Origin: a virus
Taxonomy: Duplodnaviria > Caudoviricetes
Virus record (IMG/VR): IMGVR_UViG_3300032281_001375
Coordinates: 1 to 36,656 of that record
Direction: 5' to 3' (one strand)
DNA: 36,656 nucleotides
The position numbers were made by a program, and so were the translations under genes. Below are positions 36,457 through 36,656 of this stretch, piece after piece (position 1 is the first letter of the stretch; every line of letters starts with the position of its first letter). The notes below the pieces were generated by a model, which ran no database searches, was not told the DNA's origin, and saw only the letters and a list, made by a program, of their open reading frames with translations.

Positions 36457-36656
36457 TTATGCTTCTTCGTCTTCTTCCTCTTCCTCTTCTTCTGGAAGTG
36501 CTTCACCTTGAGCCTGTGGCTCTTCAAATTCTCCTTGTGCTGCTTGAGCTTCAGGTTGAGCTTGTCCTTGTGGTTGAGCTTGTCCTTGTGGTTGAGCTTG
36601 TCCTTGTGGTTGAGCTTGTCCTTGTGGTTGAGCTTGTCCTTGTGGTTGAGCTTGTC
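36457..36656 (-). CDS. C-terminus of a protein with QAQPQG repeats and an acidic tail (partial, not in ORF track)
   Basis: Minus strand reads (QAQPQG)n QAQPEAQAAQGEFEEPQAQGEALPEEEEEEEDEEA*, followed by a terminator. Confidence 0.75.
   Translation of the reverse strand, partial: QAQPQGQAQPQGQAQPQGQAQPQGQAQPQGQAQPEAQAAQGEFEEPQAQGEALPEEEEEEEDEEA
36554..36656. repeat. 18-bp perfect tandem repeat GGTTGAGCTTGTCCTTGT, at least 5.7 copies
   Basis: Directly visible; runs off the window end. Confidence 0.95.

Overview
AT-rich segment of a large T4-like (jumbo-type) myophage genome, probably infecting a Bacteroidota host (inference from the RNase R and GSII types, a Gly-initiated tmRNA tag and A-rich SD-less starts). 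It carries dispersed head, tail and replication genes: gp20 portal, a gp21 protease fused to a gp22-like scaffold, gp23 MCP, and gp2-, gp4-, gp15-, gp25-, gp44- and gp55-like genes. Accessory content includes a Gly-Ser/Thr collagen-like fibre followed by three glycan-modifying genes (one with an Aah/TibC-type protein O-glycosyltransferase domain), a tmRNA absent from the ORF track with an atypical T-loop and long tag, RNase R, a stand-alone NFACT-R protein, two M28-like peptidases, NADAR, a Dam-like methylase and glutamine synthetase II. Window-wide patterns are a TAATATATA promoter-like motif, a shared N-terminal capsid-targeting-like peptide on several enzymes, and a late sigma gene with no in-frame AUG. 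All assignments come from motif recognition by eye; no searches were run.
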